Counted from the stretch's first letter, positions 27,847 through 37,755 are shown. The stretch: 64,000 nucleotides of DNA from Gammaproteobacteria bacterium (GCA_021648485.1 JAKISS010000002.1:14443-78442); one strand, 5' to 3'. Notes: generated by a model not told the origin, from the sequence alone. Program-made: numbers and translations.

Positions 27847-28650
27847 TCAGGCGGCTATGTGGAATTCATCTGGCAAAGTGATTTCCATGGCGATGGGCAG
27901 ATGGTCAGAAAGCAGGTGCTGCATAACATGCACGTCATGCACTTGCAGGCTTGAGGAGGTAAGAATATGGTCAAGGGTGCGTGCAGGCCGCCAGCTGGGA
28001 AAGGTTTTCAGGCCGTGGCAAGGTTCACATAAATCTGTGGCGGAAATCAGGAACTGCATTTCGTTACTGTCCGGCTGACAGTTGAGATCACCCATCACAA
28101 CGACATGTTGGTATTGATTGACGATACGTGTGACGTACTCAAACTGCCGTTGCCGCGCACGTTTACCCAGAGCCATGTGCATAATGAGTAACACCAGCGG
28201 GTTGTCCTGATGACCGTAACGCACCACCATCACGCCTCGACCGGGCAGTAGACCTGGAAGCTTGTGCTCGCGTATCTGCGTGGGCCGGTAACGGCTCAAC
28301 AAGCCATTGCTGTGGGCGGCGATTTTGCCGAAATTACGGTTGGTTTGATGATGCCAAAAGGGAAAGTCGGCTCGGTTGGCGAGATATTCAGTCTGATTGA
28401 TAAAGCTGGACCGCAGACTGCCAGCATCCACTTCCTGCAAAGCTACGATGTCAAAATCACTGATGGCGTGCGCGATACGGCCCAGATTGTCGTAAATTTG
28501 TGCATGAGGCAACACATGTTTCCAACTGTCGGTCACGTAATCCCGATAACGTTTGGCCGCAATGCCCACTTGAATATTGTAACTCAGCAGCTTCAACCGG
28601 GTACCTGGGCTGGTAGTTTCAAAAGGATCAGGAATAGGTACAGTATGCAT
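27847..28650 (-). CDS. Endonuclease/exonuclease/phosphatase (EEP) family protein
   Basis: LLSYNIQVG, ALQEVD, MGDLNC, SDHLPI. Confidence 0.8.
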   Translation of the reverse strand: MHTVPIPDPFETTSPGTRLKLLSYNIQVGIAAKRYRDYVTDSWKHVLPHAQIYDNLGRIAHAISDFDIVALQEVDAGSLRSSFINQTEYLANRADFPFWHHQTNRNFGKIAAHSNGLLSRYRPTQIREHKLPGLLPGRGVMVVRYGHQDNPLVLLIMHMALGKRARQRQFEYVTRIVNQYQHVVVMGDLNCQPDSNEMQFLISATDLCEPCHGLKTFPSWRPARTLDHILTSSSLQVHDVHVMQHLLSDHLPIAMEITLPDEFHIAA

Positions 28651-28735
28651 ACATTGTGTGTCGTCAGTTGAGGCTGTTATCTTGATTATGGCGGTTAGAT
28701 TTAATTATTGGGTATTTTGGATATTAATGGTTAAT

Positions 28736-30367
28736 TCACAGATGAATAATCATCTCACCCAGAGTTTCGGTAAGACGCAGGTTTTCGCGATAATCCACCG
28801 GGCAGTCGATAATACTGACGGCATCGTCTGCTAATGCCTGCTTCAGCGTTGGCAGTAATTGTTCGGCCGCCTCAATGCGGTAACCCCTGGCACCAAAAGA
28901 TTCGGCCAATTGCACAAAATCCGGGTTACCAAATTTTATATTGGATGTCCGTTCAAACTGGTTCATTTGCTTCCATTCGATAAGACCGTAACCCGAGTCG
29001 TTCCAGATTAACACTACCATGGCTATTTTTAAGCGGACGGCCGTCTCGATTTCTTGAACATTCATCAAAAAACCACCGTCACCGGTCACGGCCACCACTT
29101 TGCGCTGTGGTTGAGCCAGACGTGCGGCCAACGCACCGGGCACAGCAATGCCCATGCTGGCAAAGCCGTTGGAAATCAGGCAGGTATTGGGGTGTTCACA
29201 GCGAAACATGCGCGCCATCCACATTTTGTGTGCGCCCACGTCGCAAATCACCGTATCTTCCAGATCCAGGGCGGTGCGCAAGTCCCAGATGATTTTTTGC
29301 GGTTTGAGCGGGAAAGCATCATCGTCGCGATGTTGATTCATTTCCTTGATCAACGCCTCGCGCAACGGCCGCAGTTTGTGCCCTTCATGGGGCGTGGCCT
29401 GCCCGGCGATACGATCCAGTGAATGTTTGATATCTCCTACCACGCCAACACAAACCGGATAATGCGCATCCACTTCTGCCGGTGAACTATCGATGTGTAC
29501 AATAGTGCGATCACGGGTGGGGTGCCACAGGCGCGGGTGGTATTCCACCAGATCGTAACCCACGCAGATGATGGCGTCGGCTTGCTCAAAACCAAAGTTG
29601 ACGTAATCCTGTGATTGCAGACCCGCACTGCCCAATGCCATGGCATGCCGGAACGGCAACACGCCTTTGGCCATAAAGGTGTTGGTCACCGGGATATTCA
29701 TTCGTTGCGCAAAATCCGCCAATTGCTGCCAGGCTCCAGCACGTACCACACCATTACCGGCAAGAATAATAGGCTCACGGGCATTGGAAATCACTTCTGC
29801 GGCATAAGCCACACGATTCGCCGGAGGCTCGGGCATACTGGCATGCTTGACGCGCAACGGCGTGTCGTCGATATGCATCGACGCAATATTTTCGGGAAAT
29901 TCGATAAAACAGGCACCGGTTTTTTCCGTTTGCGCCACCTTGAAAGCCTTGCGCGTCACTTCGGTGATGATATCCGGCGCAAGAATGCGCGAACTGTATT
30001 TGGTGAAACTGCGAAACAGCTGTTCCAGATCCAGTACCTGATGGGATTCTTTATGCAGGCGGTGAGTATCGGCCTGACCGGCAATGGCCACCAGTGGTGC
30101 ATGATCCATATTGGCATCGGCAACACCGGTAATCAGATTCGTCGCACCCGGCCCCAGAGTGGCCATGCATACCCCTGCACGCCCGGTGAGGCGACCATAA
30201 ACGTCAGCCATGAAGGCCGCACCCTGTTCGTGACGTGTGGTGATGAACTGGATATTGGAATCCAGCAGGGCGTCCATCACGTCAAGGTTTTCCTCGCCAG
30301 GAATACCAAAGATGTATTCAACACCTTCGTTTTCCAGGCAACGAACGAAGAGTTCGGCGGCCTTCAT
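28736..30367 (-). CDS. Thiamine-diphosphate-dependent acetolactate synthase-like enzyme
   Basis: GIPGEENLD, GPGATNL, TPP motif TGDGGFLMN. The track ORF begins at TTG 30388; ATG 30367 (MKAAELF) is preferred. Confidence 0.75.
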   Translation of the reverse strand: MKAAELFVRCLENEGVEYIFGIPGEENLDVMDALLDSNIQFITTRHEQGAAFMADVYGRLTGRAGVCMATLGPGATNLITGVADANMDHAPLVAIAGQADTHRLHKESHQVLDLEQLFRSFTKYSSRILAPDIITEVTRKAFKVAQTEKTGACFIEFPENIASMHIDDTPLRVKHASMPEPPANRVAYAAEVISNAREPIILAGNGVVRAGAWQQLADFAQRMNIPVTNTFMAKGVLPFRHAMALGSAGLQSQDYVNFGFEQADAIICVGYDLVEYHPRLWHPTRDRTIVHIDSSPAEVDAHYPVCVGVVGDIKHSLDRIAGQATPHEGHKLRPLREALIKEMNQHRDDDAFPLKPQKIIWDLRTALDLEDTVICDVGAHKMWMARMFRCEHPNTCLISNGFASMGIAVPGALAARLAQPQRKVVAVTGDGGFLMNVQEIETAVRLKIAMVVLIWNDSGYGLIEWKQMNQFERTSNIKFGNPDFVQLAESFGARGYRIEAAEQLLPTLKQALADDAVSIIDCPVDYRENLRLTETLGEMIIHL

Positions 30368-30434
30368 AGCGCAAGATGCGCCAGACAAGGCGGCACAGTC
30401 GCCACAATGCGACCGCGCTCAGGCCAGTGCCGGA

Positions 30435-31058
30435 TCATTTGCTTTCCATTTTGACCAGTTCGTTCACTACCTTGAATACTTTGGCATTACCACCGGATTG
30501 CGTTGCACCAGTACGATATTTCCCATTAACAATGAGGGCCGGTACGCCGCGGACACCATAACGCTGCCCCATATCTTTGGCGCGACGCAATTTGGTTTCC
30601 ACCGCAAAGGAACGGAATACCCGTTTAAAATCCTTCTCGCTGACACCATTTTCCTTGAACAGGGCCATGATGGAGGCCTCATTGCTCAGGCTGCGTTTCT
30701 GTTCATGAATGGCTTCAAACATGGGCTTATGCACCTTATCCACCACACCGAGGACTTCCGCCGTGTAATAGGCACGACCGTGAATCTCCCAGCTGGGACG
30801 GAACATGCCAGGCATGCGCACAAATTTGACGTTTTCAGGTTTACGTTTCAGCCAACGCTCCACATAAGGTTCTAACGTAAAACAATGGGGGCAGCCATAC
30901 CAGAACAATTCCACCACCTCGATTTTATCTTTACTGGTGGTCGGCTGAGGCGGATTGATCATTTCATATTCTTTGGCTGCCATCACATTGCCGGCACTGG
31001 TGAAACCCAGTGCAACAACCATGGCAAAGACTGCAAACAGGGGCGTGCGTTTTTTCAT
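30435..31058 (-). CDS. dsbA: Periplasmic thiol:disulfide oxidoreductase
   Basis: Signal peptide plus FWYGCPHCF active site. Start ATG 31058 with GAGG upstream. Confidence 0.9.
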   Translation of the reverse strand: MKKRTPLFAVFAMVVALGFTSAGNVMAAKEYEMINPPQPTTSKDKIEVVELFWYGCPHCFTLEPYVERWLKRKPENVKFVRMPGMFRPSWEIHGRAYYTAEVLGVVDKVHKPMFEAIHEQKRSLSNEASIMALFKENGVSEKDFKRVFRSFAVETKLRRAKDMGQRYGVRGVPALIVNGKYRTGATQSGGNAKVFKVVNELVKMESK

Positions 31059-31283
31059 GGAGATTAACCTCGTCATTTATTATTGGGTATTGCCTGCGAA
31101 CCGCAATGTGGCTGTGCGTGAGCCTATCCAAATCGCTGAATGAACGCAATAAAACAGATCAGCTCTTCACTGGCGCAGATTATCGTTTAGGGTTTATGCT
31201 ATGGCCTTGTTTTATGAGTCTGAACAAACTGGCTCAATTTTGATCACTCAACACAACCGACCTCAAGCAAGGAGTATGACCCC

Positions 31284-31769
31284 ATGGTCTCCGAAAAGAT
31301 CGATCTAACGCAATTTTTAAATCAACAGTACCTGTGTGAATCACTGACGATCAAGGAAGTCACCACACTGATTGATTACACGGAGCTGGTCACCTTTAAC
31401 AAAGGTGATGTCATCGCCGAAATCGGCGACGTGGGTGAGGCATTGTATTTCGTTATCGCGGGTGAAACAGCACTGTATGCGGGAGACAAGGCCGAAAGTC
31501 AGGTGGGACATATCAAATCCGGTGAATTAATGGGCGAAATGTCCTTTTTTGACCGTAATCCACGCTCGGTACGGGCAAAGGCGCTGATTAACGGTACCCG
31601 CCTGCTGAAACTGAGTCGAGCCATGTACAAACGGCTGCGTGTGGAACACCCGTACATCGCCGTGAATCTACTGGAGCACGCCATTGTCAGCCTCGATCAC
31701 CTGTTCCGTCAGGTGAGTCAGGATGTGTCTACCTTTAACAGCTATTTTTATGCGCCGGGCCGAAAATAA
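31284..31769 (+). CDS. Stand-alone cyclic-nucleotide-binding domain protein
   Basis: 161 aa; FVIAGE ... GELMGEMSFFDRNPRSVRAKA (phosphate-binding-cassette-like). Confidence 0.7.
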   Translation: MVSEKIDLTQFLNQQYLCESLTIKEVTTLIDYTELVTFNKGDVIAEIGDVGEALYFVIAGETALYAGDKAESQVGHIKSGELMGEMSFFDRNPRSVRAKALINGTRLLKLSRAMYKRLRVEHPYIAVNLLEHAIVSLDHLFRQVSQDVSTFNSYFYAPGRK

Positions 31770-31787
31770 CGGGTGTGAATATAAAGT

Positions 31788-31868
31788 CTACTTGTCGGCA
31801 CTGGGTACCTCAGCACCCATGCCGACGAGAAATTGCGCCACCGCTTCTGTTTCTTTTTCCGTCATTTT
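31788..31868 (-). pseudogene. 3' fragment of cytochrome c4 (duplicate of 32677..~32757)
   Basis: Translates to KMTEKETEAVAQFLVGMGAEVPSADK*, compared with the real C-terminus KMTEKEMEAVAQFLAGMGAETPDIGE*. Confidence 0.8.
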
Positions 31869-31956
31869 GGACGACAGCACATCACTCATACGGTGAAAAA
31901 ACGCTTCAGGTTCTGCACCTTAAGCGTTCGCAGCAGGTTTAACTGATCAGTTTAGG
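31864..31956. mobile_element. MITE family 1, internally deleted right-half remnant
   Basis: attttggacga...catacggtga...cgttcgcagcaggtttaactgatcagtttagg aligns to the right half of the 175-bp element. Confidence 0.7.
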
Positions 31957-32346
31957 GCGCGTCGTCAATTAACTCAACAAAGGCATTAATTTTTTTGTCA
32001 TTCCAGCATGTTTTTAGCCGGAATCCAGAGATCGCCCCAAGAGCGCCTGCTTTTGATTGAATCTCTGCGTCTCTGCGACACCCGCGTTAATTACCGTAAC
32101 AATAGCTGGCACCACCTCGAAGTTTATACAACGATAGCGTGCGCCTTTTTTCCCCTACCGATCAGTTAATCAATTCTCCATGGACGTCATACTCACCGAC
32201 AGCAACCAGCACCGATTCCGTTTCACCCTCACCCGTCCCCCACATGGCGTTAAACCGGTCCCCCTGCCTTCAACCTTCGCACATCAGGCCCTAACGCAAT
32301 AAGGGGTCCAATAAGGGGTCAGAGCCCTTTAATTCTCTTTATTATC

Positions 32347-32660
32347 GAGGGTGAAAAACGGCATTGTATGCAGATGATAAGGCCGAGAGTCAGGTCGGGC
32401 ACATCAAGTCTGAAAAGCTCATGGGCGAGATGTCCTTTTTTGATCGTAATCCGCGCTCGGTGCGGGCAAAGGCGCTGATTAATGGTACCCGCCTGCTGAA
32501 ACTGAGTCGAGCCATGTACAAACGTCTGCGCGTGGAACACTCGTACATCGCCGTGAATCTACTGGAGCACGCCATTATCAGCCTCAATCACCTGTTCCGT
32601 CAGGTGAGTCAGGACGTATCCACGTTTAACAGTTATCTTTACGCTCCAGGTCGAAAATAA
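32347..32660 (+). pseudogene. 3' fragment of the cNMP-binding gene (duplicate of 31448..31769)
   Basis: Track ORF 32364..32660 (98 aa) differs at 7 of 97 aligned residues from the C-terminus of 31284..31769. It lacks the N-terminal 60%. Confidence 0.8.
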
Positions 32661-32676
32661 CCCGCGTAAATAAAAC

Positions 32677-33321
32677 CTACTCGCCGATATCGGGTGTCTC
32701 GGCACCCATACCGGCGAGAAACTGCGCCACAGCTTCCATTTCTTTCTCTGTCATTTTTGCGGCGATGTCCTGCATGATCTCATTGCGGTCGTTGCTGCGC
32801 GTACCGGTTTTAAAATCCCGCAGGGTCTTGATCACATAGCCCGGCTTTTGACCGGCAAGGCCCGGAATCCCCCCCGGCCCATTACCTGCGCCATTGGGCC
32901 CGTGGCAACCAGCACAGGCTGGCAGATGCGTATAACGATTGCCACCCATGTAAAGCTTTCTGCCTGCCACAGAATTCGATGCGGAATCGGCCTTCACCTT
33001 TTGTGTCGCAAAATAGGCTGCAATATCCATGATGTCCTGCTCAACCAGCCCTGTCACCATGCTCTGCATGGAGGGATCCTGGCGGGCACCAGACTGAAAG
33101 TCACGAATCTGTCTGGACAGATAATTGGCATTCTGACTGGCAAGATTCGGCCAGTCCGGACTGAAACTGTTGCCATCCAGGCCGTGGCACCCTTGGCAGG
33201 CAGCTGATTTAAGCTGTCCCTCACTGATACTCCCTCCAAGCTGCTCGTGCGGGCGCTCTGAAGAATAAGTACATACAGGTATACTGATCAACAGACAAAA
33301 AACAACGCGTAACGACATCAT
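32677..33321 (-). CDS. cc4: Diheme cytochrome c4
   Basis: Signal peptide; two heme sites CQGCHG and CAGCHG. Confidence 0.85.
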   Translation of the reverse strand: MMSLRVVFCLLISIPVCTYSSERPHEQLGGSISEGQLKSAACQGCHGLDGNSFSPDWPNLASQNANYLSRQIRDFQSGARQDPSMQSMVTGLVEQDIMDIAAYFATQKVKADSASNSVAGRKLYMGGNRYTHLPACAGCHGPNGAGNGPGGIPGLAGQKPGYVIKTLRDFKTGTRSNDRNEIMQDIAAKMTEKEMEAVAQFLAGMGAETPDIGE

Positions 33322-33414
33322 GTCGCAAATCTCCGAAGTTAAGAGGGCTTCCCCAAAAAGCCTAAGTGTAGACGGTTATACACGACACACCAGTGGCAAA
33401 ATCCGGCCAGCGGA

Positions 33415-33807
33415 TTACTCGATGCTACTAAAAAAAGCGGCAAGATCTGCGATATCCTGATCACTAAGCTCGGCGGCCATGCCATTCATAATAGGATCTT
33501 TACGAGCACCTGTCCGAAAAGCCTGTAATTGCTTGCGAAGATAAGCCGCATGCTGACCGGCCAGAATAGGATAGGCTTCTTTGGTGCTTTTTCCGCCCTT
33601 GCCATGACAGATCTGACAAGCCCGCGCTTTGGCATTACCCTCCTTAACGCTGCCTGCCGCATATGCGTTGCCTATTCCCATCGGCGCGATAACAATACTC
33701 ATGGCCAGACTGGTCATCAGTGTAAACACATGCCTTTTAGTGGTCGTATATTTCACTTGCGTGATTAAAGTTGTATTGGTTGTACTTGTGGCCATCAGCG
33801 TTCCCAT
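33415..33807 (-). CDS. Monoheme class I c-type cytochrome (c5-like)
   Basis: CQICHG heme site. The real start is probably internal (GTG at 33756 or ATG at 33717), giving signal peptide ...SIVIAPMGIGNAYA. Confidence 0.75.
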   Translation of the reverse strand: MGTLMATSTTNTTLITQVKYTTTKRHVFTLMTSLAMSIVIAPMGIGNAYAAGSVKEGNAKARACQICHGKGGKSTKEAYPILAGQHAAYLRKQLQAFRTGARKDPIMNGMAAELSDQDIADLAAFFSSIE

Positions 33808-33931
33808 ACGAGTTTGCGTTTGATAAAGTCCCGTTCCAGCGTTCCGTGCCTGACATACCAGCAGCCTAGACTATTGCAGCTGGCACAAAAATGCCAATAG
33901 GTTTTAGATACTTGGCGATACATTCTCTAAA

Positions 33932-34591
33932 TTGGACAAACACACCGTGACCTCTCCTGACTTTCAAAAAACGAATCCAGCAATCCGTTATCGCACCGCC
34001 AGCTTCCTCATCAGCGCTGCCCGGCTCAACCAATTGCCGCAGGACTGTGGCCCTGAGGTCGCTTTCGCAGGCCGTTCAAATGCAGGAAAATCAAGTGCAA
34101 TCAATCGGTTATGCGAACAAAAATCGCTAGCCCGAACCAGTAAAACCCCCGGACGCACCCAGCTGATCAATCTTTTTCAACTGGATGGACAACGCCATCT
34201 GGTGGATTTGCCCGGTTACGGTTACGCCAAAGTGGCCGAAGAAATTAAACGCCGCTGGCAACAAACCATGGAAGCCTATCTTTCCGAACGCCAATCGTTG
34301 CGCGGACTGATTTTGCTCATGGATGTGCGCCACCCACTCAAAGAGGTGGATCAACAGTTGCTGGACTGGTGCTGGCGGGTAAACATGCCGGTACATGTGT
34401 TGCTGACCAAAGCGGACAAACTTAAACGCGGCGCGGCGCAAAATACCCTGATGCAGGTGCAGCAGGAACTCAAGGCCCATGCGCCTGATGGCCTGTGCAG
34501 TACACAATTATTTTCCGCACTCAAAGGCACGGGGTTGACCGAAACCTACGCTGTACTGGATCGCTGGCTGGACTTTGGTGATAAAAAATGA
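33932..34591 (+). CDS. engB: Ribosome biogenesis GTPase YihA/EngB
   Basis: [15 protein letters not shown] (G1), DLPGYGYA (G3), TKADK (G4). The track start is TTG; the exact start is uncertain. Confidence 0.9.
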   Translation: MDKHTVTSPDFQKTNPAIRYRTASFLISAARLNQLPQDCGPEVAFAGRSNAGKSSAINRLCEQKSLARTSKTPGRTQLINLFQLDGQRHLVDLPGYGYAKVAEEIKRRWQQTMEAYLSERQSLRGLILLMDVRHPLKEVDQQLLDWCWRVNMPVHVLLTKADKLKRGAAQNTLMQVQQELKAHAPDGLCSTQLFSALKGTGLTETYAVLDRWLDFGDKK

Positions 34592-34595
34592 GGAT

Positions 34596-34718
34596 AAAAA
34601 ATCCCCGGTGGCACCCGATCATCGGGACAGCCTCCGGGGCTAAAAGCACCCGACGTTGGGGACGCCGGGCTTGAACCCGCTAGGGAGGGAAGCGGGGAGC
34701 AGGCATCGCGCCTGCTCA
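34596..34718 (-). ncRNA. Candidate ~123-nt structured sRNA in the polA-engB intergenic position (Spot42/ErsA position)
   Basis: Four consecutive hairpins on the minus strand: gagcaggc/gcctgctc; cccgc/gcggg with loop uucccucccua; cccggcg/cgucggg with loop uccccaa; and terminator ccccgg...ccgggg followed by AUUUUUU. Same orientation as polA and convergent with engB. Confidence 0.45.
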
Positions 34719-34723
34719 TACAC

Positions 34724-34750
34724 TAAGACGGGCAGGATCATAAAAAGTTG
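34724..34750 (-). promoter_or_regulatory. Possible sigmaE/AlgU-type promoter for the sRNA candidate
   Basis: Minus strand reads gCAACTT - 16 nt - TCTTA, compared with the consensus GGAACTT-N16-TCTGA. Confidence 0.3.
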
Positions 34751-35013
34751 CAGCCTTCACAAAAATATTTTGTTTGACACAAAATCTGCTTTAAAAAAGC
34801 GCCGAGTATTTAACACGTCACTTGCCAACGTCACTACAACATACCCCCCCACCGTACCGGAACACTTACCCGACGGAGGGATTAACCGATTAATTTAGGT
34901 TAAACCTCCGGGTTCCGGCTAAAGACATGCGTAACAATACTGTTTTCAGTAAAAAATACTAACAGAGAATTTTTAATCCTTAATTCATATTGCAGGGAAG
35001 ATGTTAACCCTTT

Positions 35014-37755
35014 CTAATGCGCTTCATCCCAATTGCTACCTGTACCTATATCCACCACTAACGGCACCTTAAGTTCAGACACCCCGATCATTAACCGGTT
35101 GATTTCAATCTTTGCGGCCTCAATGTGTTCATCCCGAATTTCAAACACCAATTCATCATGTACCTGCATGATCAACTTGATATCCAATTCGGCAGATTCA
35201 ATCCAGCGATCCATCACAATCATCGCGCGTTTAATAATGTCCGCAGCTGTGCCCTGCATGGGTGCATTAATGGCAGTGCGTTCGGCATACTGACGACGCT
35301 GGCCGTTACGGTGATTGATATCCGGCAGATACAAACGACGACCAAACACCGTCTCCACATAGCCCTGCTCATGAGCCTGTTCTCGAGTATCGTCCATAAA
35401 TTTTTTCACGCCGGGATAACGTTCAAAATAAAGATCAACATATTTTTGGGCATCACCGCGCGTAATACCCAGTTGTCGCGCCAACCCGAAGGCTGACATG
35501 CCATAAATCAACCCGAAGTTAATGGCCTTGGCACTACGTCGCTGGTCGTTATCCACTTCATTCAACGGCACAGCAAACACCTCGGCAGCAGTGGCACGAT
35601 GAATATCTTCTCCCGCTGCAAAGGCCTTAAGTAAACCTTCATCACCAGAAAGATGCGCCATGATGCGCAACTCTATCTGCGAATAATCAGCCGCCAGCAC
35701 GCTGAAACCGGCTGGTGCGATAAAAGCCTGACGAATGCGTCGGCCTTCGGCACTGCGTACCGGAATATTTTGCAGATTAGGCTCGGATGATGACAACCGT
35801 CCGGTGCTCGCCACGGCCTGATGATACGAGGTATGTACCCGCTTTGTGCCAGGATCGATACGCTGCGGCAGTTTGTCGGTATAGGTGGACTTCAGTTTGC
35901 TCATGCCCCGGTATTCAAGAATCAGTTTGGGCAATGGAAAATCATGAGCCAGTTCCGCTAACACTTCTTCAGCAGTGGATGGCGCACCTTTTGGCGTTTT
36001 TTTCCGGACTGGCAAACCCTGTTTCTCAAAAAGAATTTTTTGAACCTGTTTGGGTGAGGCAAGATTAAATTCTTCACCCGCCACCTCATAAGACTCGTTT
36101 TGAATCTCCAGCATGCGCTGCGCAAGCTCTTCACTCTGTTTCGCCAACATATTGGCATCAATCAACACGCCGTTACGTTCAATGTGTGAGAGCACGGTCA
36201 ACAAAGGCAATTCAATATCCCGAAACAATTCGGCGAGCCGGGGCTCCTTTTCCAGCTGAGGCCACAATGTCTGGTGCAATTGCAGGGTCACATCCGCATC
36301 TTCTGCGGCATATGGACCAGCAACACTGATAAGCACCTGATCGAAAGTGATTTGTTTGGCACCCTTGCCCGCTACGTCTTCAAAGTGAATGGTGTTGCGG
36401 TTGAGATATTTAAGCGCCAGTGAATCCATATCATGGCGCGTGGCCGTGCTGTCCAGCACGTAGGATTCCAGCATGGTATCGAACGCCACACCACGCAGGG
36501 TAATACCATGATTGGCCAGCACGCTCATGTCATACTTGAGATTTTGCCCAACCTTGGCCTTGTCCGCATCTTCCAGCAACGGACGTAATTTCTCCAACAC
36601 AAAATCACGATCCAGCTGTGTACTGGCATCGGCATCCTCCAGGGTAATCTGGTGAGCCACTGGTACGTAGGCCGCCTCCCCCGCTTTTACCGCAAACGAC
36701 ACACCGACGATTTTTGCCTGCATGTAATCAAGACTCGTGGTCTCCGTATCGAAGGCAAACAATTCAGCCTGTTGGAGCTTTTTCAGCCAGGCTTCAAAAG
36801 CTGACTCGTCCAACACAATGTCGTAACTCACATCGGCTGCTGGCGCACGTTCTTCCCCCGTTGTCTGTGCAGAATGATCATCCACATTTTGTGCGTATTT
36901 GCCCGGCAACAGCTCAGACAACCAGGTTTTAAATTCCATTTCAGCAAATAATTGTGTCAGGCGCTCCGTATCTGCCGCCTGTACTTTGAGTTCAGTCGGT
37001 CCGGCATCCAGCGGTACGTCACATTTAATGGTGGCCAACTGGTGGGATAGTGGTAACTGCTCCAGTACATCACGCAGGTTCTCCCCCACCTTGCCAGTAA
37101 TTTCACCTGCCCTGGTGATGATTTCATCCAAGGTACCGTACTGGGTCAGCCACTTCACCGCAGTCTTGGGACCAACCTTGGGCACGCCGGGAATATTGTC
37201 CACGCTGTCACCCATCAAGGTAAGGTAATCAACAATACGTTCCGGCGGAATCCCAAACTTATCCACCACCCCTTGCGGATCCAATGTGGAGTTATCCATG
37301 GTGTTCATCAGCGTGACATGCTGGTTAACCAGCTGCGCCATATCCTTGTCGCCTGTGGACACCAGACAATCCATCCCCATCTCTGTGGCTTGTCTGGCAA
37401 GCGTGCCGATCACATCGTCCGCCTCCACCCCGTCCACAATCAACATCGGCAGCCCCATCGCCTCAACAATAGCGTGCAACGGAGCAATTTGCTCACGCAA
37501 CTCATCCGGCATGGGGGGACGATTAGCCTTATACTCGGCGTAAAGATCATCACGGAAAGTCTTACCCTTGGCATCAAATACCATCGCCATGTATTCCGGC
37601 TGAAAATCTTTCAGCAGGCGGCGCAGCATATTGACAACACCATACACCGCACCTGTGGGTTGACCCTGGGAATTACTCAACGAGGGCATGGCGTGAAAGG
37701 CGCGATACAAATACGACGAGCCATCGACGAGAATCAGTTGTTTGTTTGCTTTCAT
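35014..37755 (-). CDS. polA: DNA polymerase I
   Basis: 913 aa with 5'-nuclease, 3'-5' exonuclease and polymerase motifs (DYSQIELR, QVHDELV). Confidence 0.97.
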   Translation of the reverse strand: MKANKQLILVDGSSYLYRAFHAMPSLSNSQGQPTGAVYGVVNMLRRLLKDFQPEYMAMVFDAKGKTFRDDLYAEYKANRPPMPDELREQIAPLHAIVEAMGLPMLIVDGVEADDVIGTLARQATEMGMDCLVSTGDKDMAQLVNQHVTLMNTMDNSTLDPQGVVDKFGIPPERIVDYLTLMGDSVDNIPGVPKVGPKTAVKWLTQYGTLDEIITRAGEITGKVGENLRDVLEQLPLSHQLATIKCDVPLDAGPTELKVQAADTERLTQLFAEMEFKTWLSELLPGKYAQNVDDHSAQTTGEERAPAADVSYDIVLDESAFEAWLKKLQQAELFAFDTETTSLDYMQAKIVGVSFAVKAGEAAYVPVAHQITLEDADASTQLDRDFVLEKLRPLLEDADKAKVGQNLKYDMSVLANHGITLRGVAFDTMLESYVLDSTATRHDMDSLALKYLNRNTIHFEDVAGKGAKQITFDQVLISVAGPYAAEDADVTLQLHQTLWPQLEKEPRLAELFRDIELPLLTVLSHIERNGVLIDANMLAKQSEELAQRMLEIQNESYEVAGEEFNLASPKQVQKILFEKQGLPVRKKTPKGAPSTAEEVLAELAHDFPLPKLILEYRGMSKLKSTYTDKLPQRIDPGTKRVHTSYHQAVASTGRLSSSEPNLQNIPVRSAEGRRIRQAFIAPAGFSVLAADYSQIELRIMAHLSGDEGLLKAFAAGEDIHRATAAEVFAVPLNEVDNDQRRSAKAINFGLIYGMSAFGLARQLGITRGDAQKYVDLYFERYPGVKKFMDDTREQAHEQGYVETVFGRRLYLPDINHRNGQRRQYAERTAINAPMQGTAADIIKRAMIVMDRWIESAELDIKLIMQVHDELVFEIRDEHIEAAKIEINRLMIGVSELKVPLVVDIGTGSNWDEAH

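Noticed and set aside
32180-32302. 40-aa ORF (MDVILTDSNQHRFRFTLTRPPHGVKPVPLPSTFAHQALTQ) inside the duplication scar, considered as an antitoxin or mobile-element remnant
   Set aside because: There is no RBS, no partner gene and no recognisable motif. It lies in patchwork repeat debris. The evidence is insufficient to call a gene.
34662-34690. tRNA-like T-arm string (minus strand gcgggttcaagcccggc) in the polA-engB spacer
   Set aside because: The loop is 6 nt, not the canonical 7-nt T-loop. No acceptor stem, D-arm or anticodon arm can be built around it. It is better explained as the junction between hairpins 2 and 3 of the sRNA candidate.
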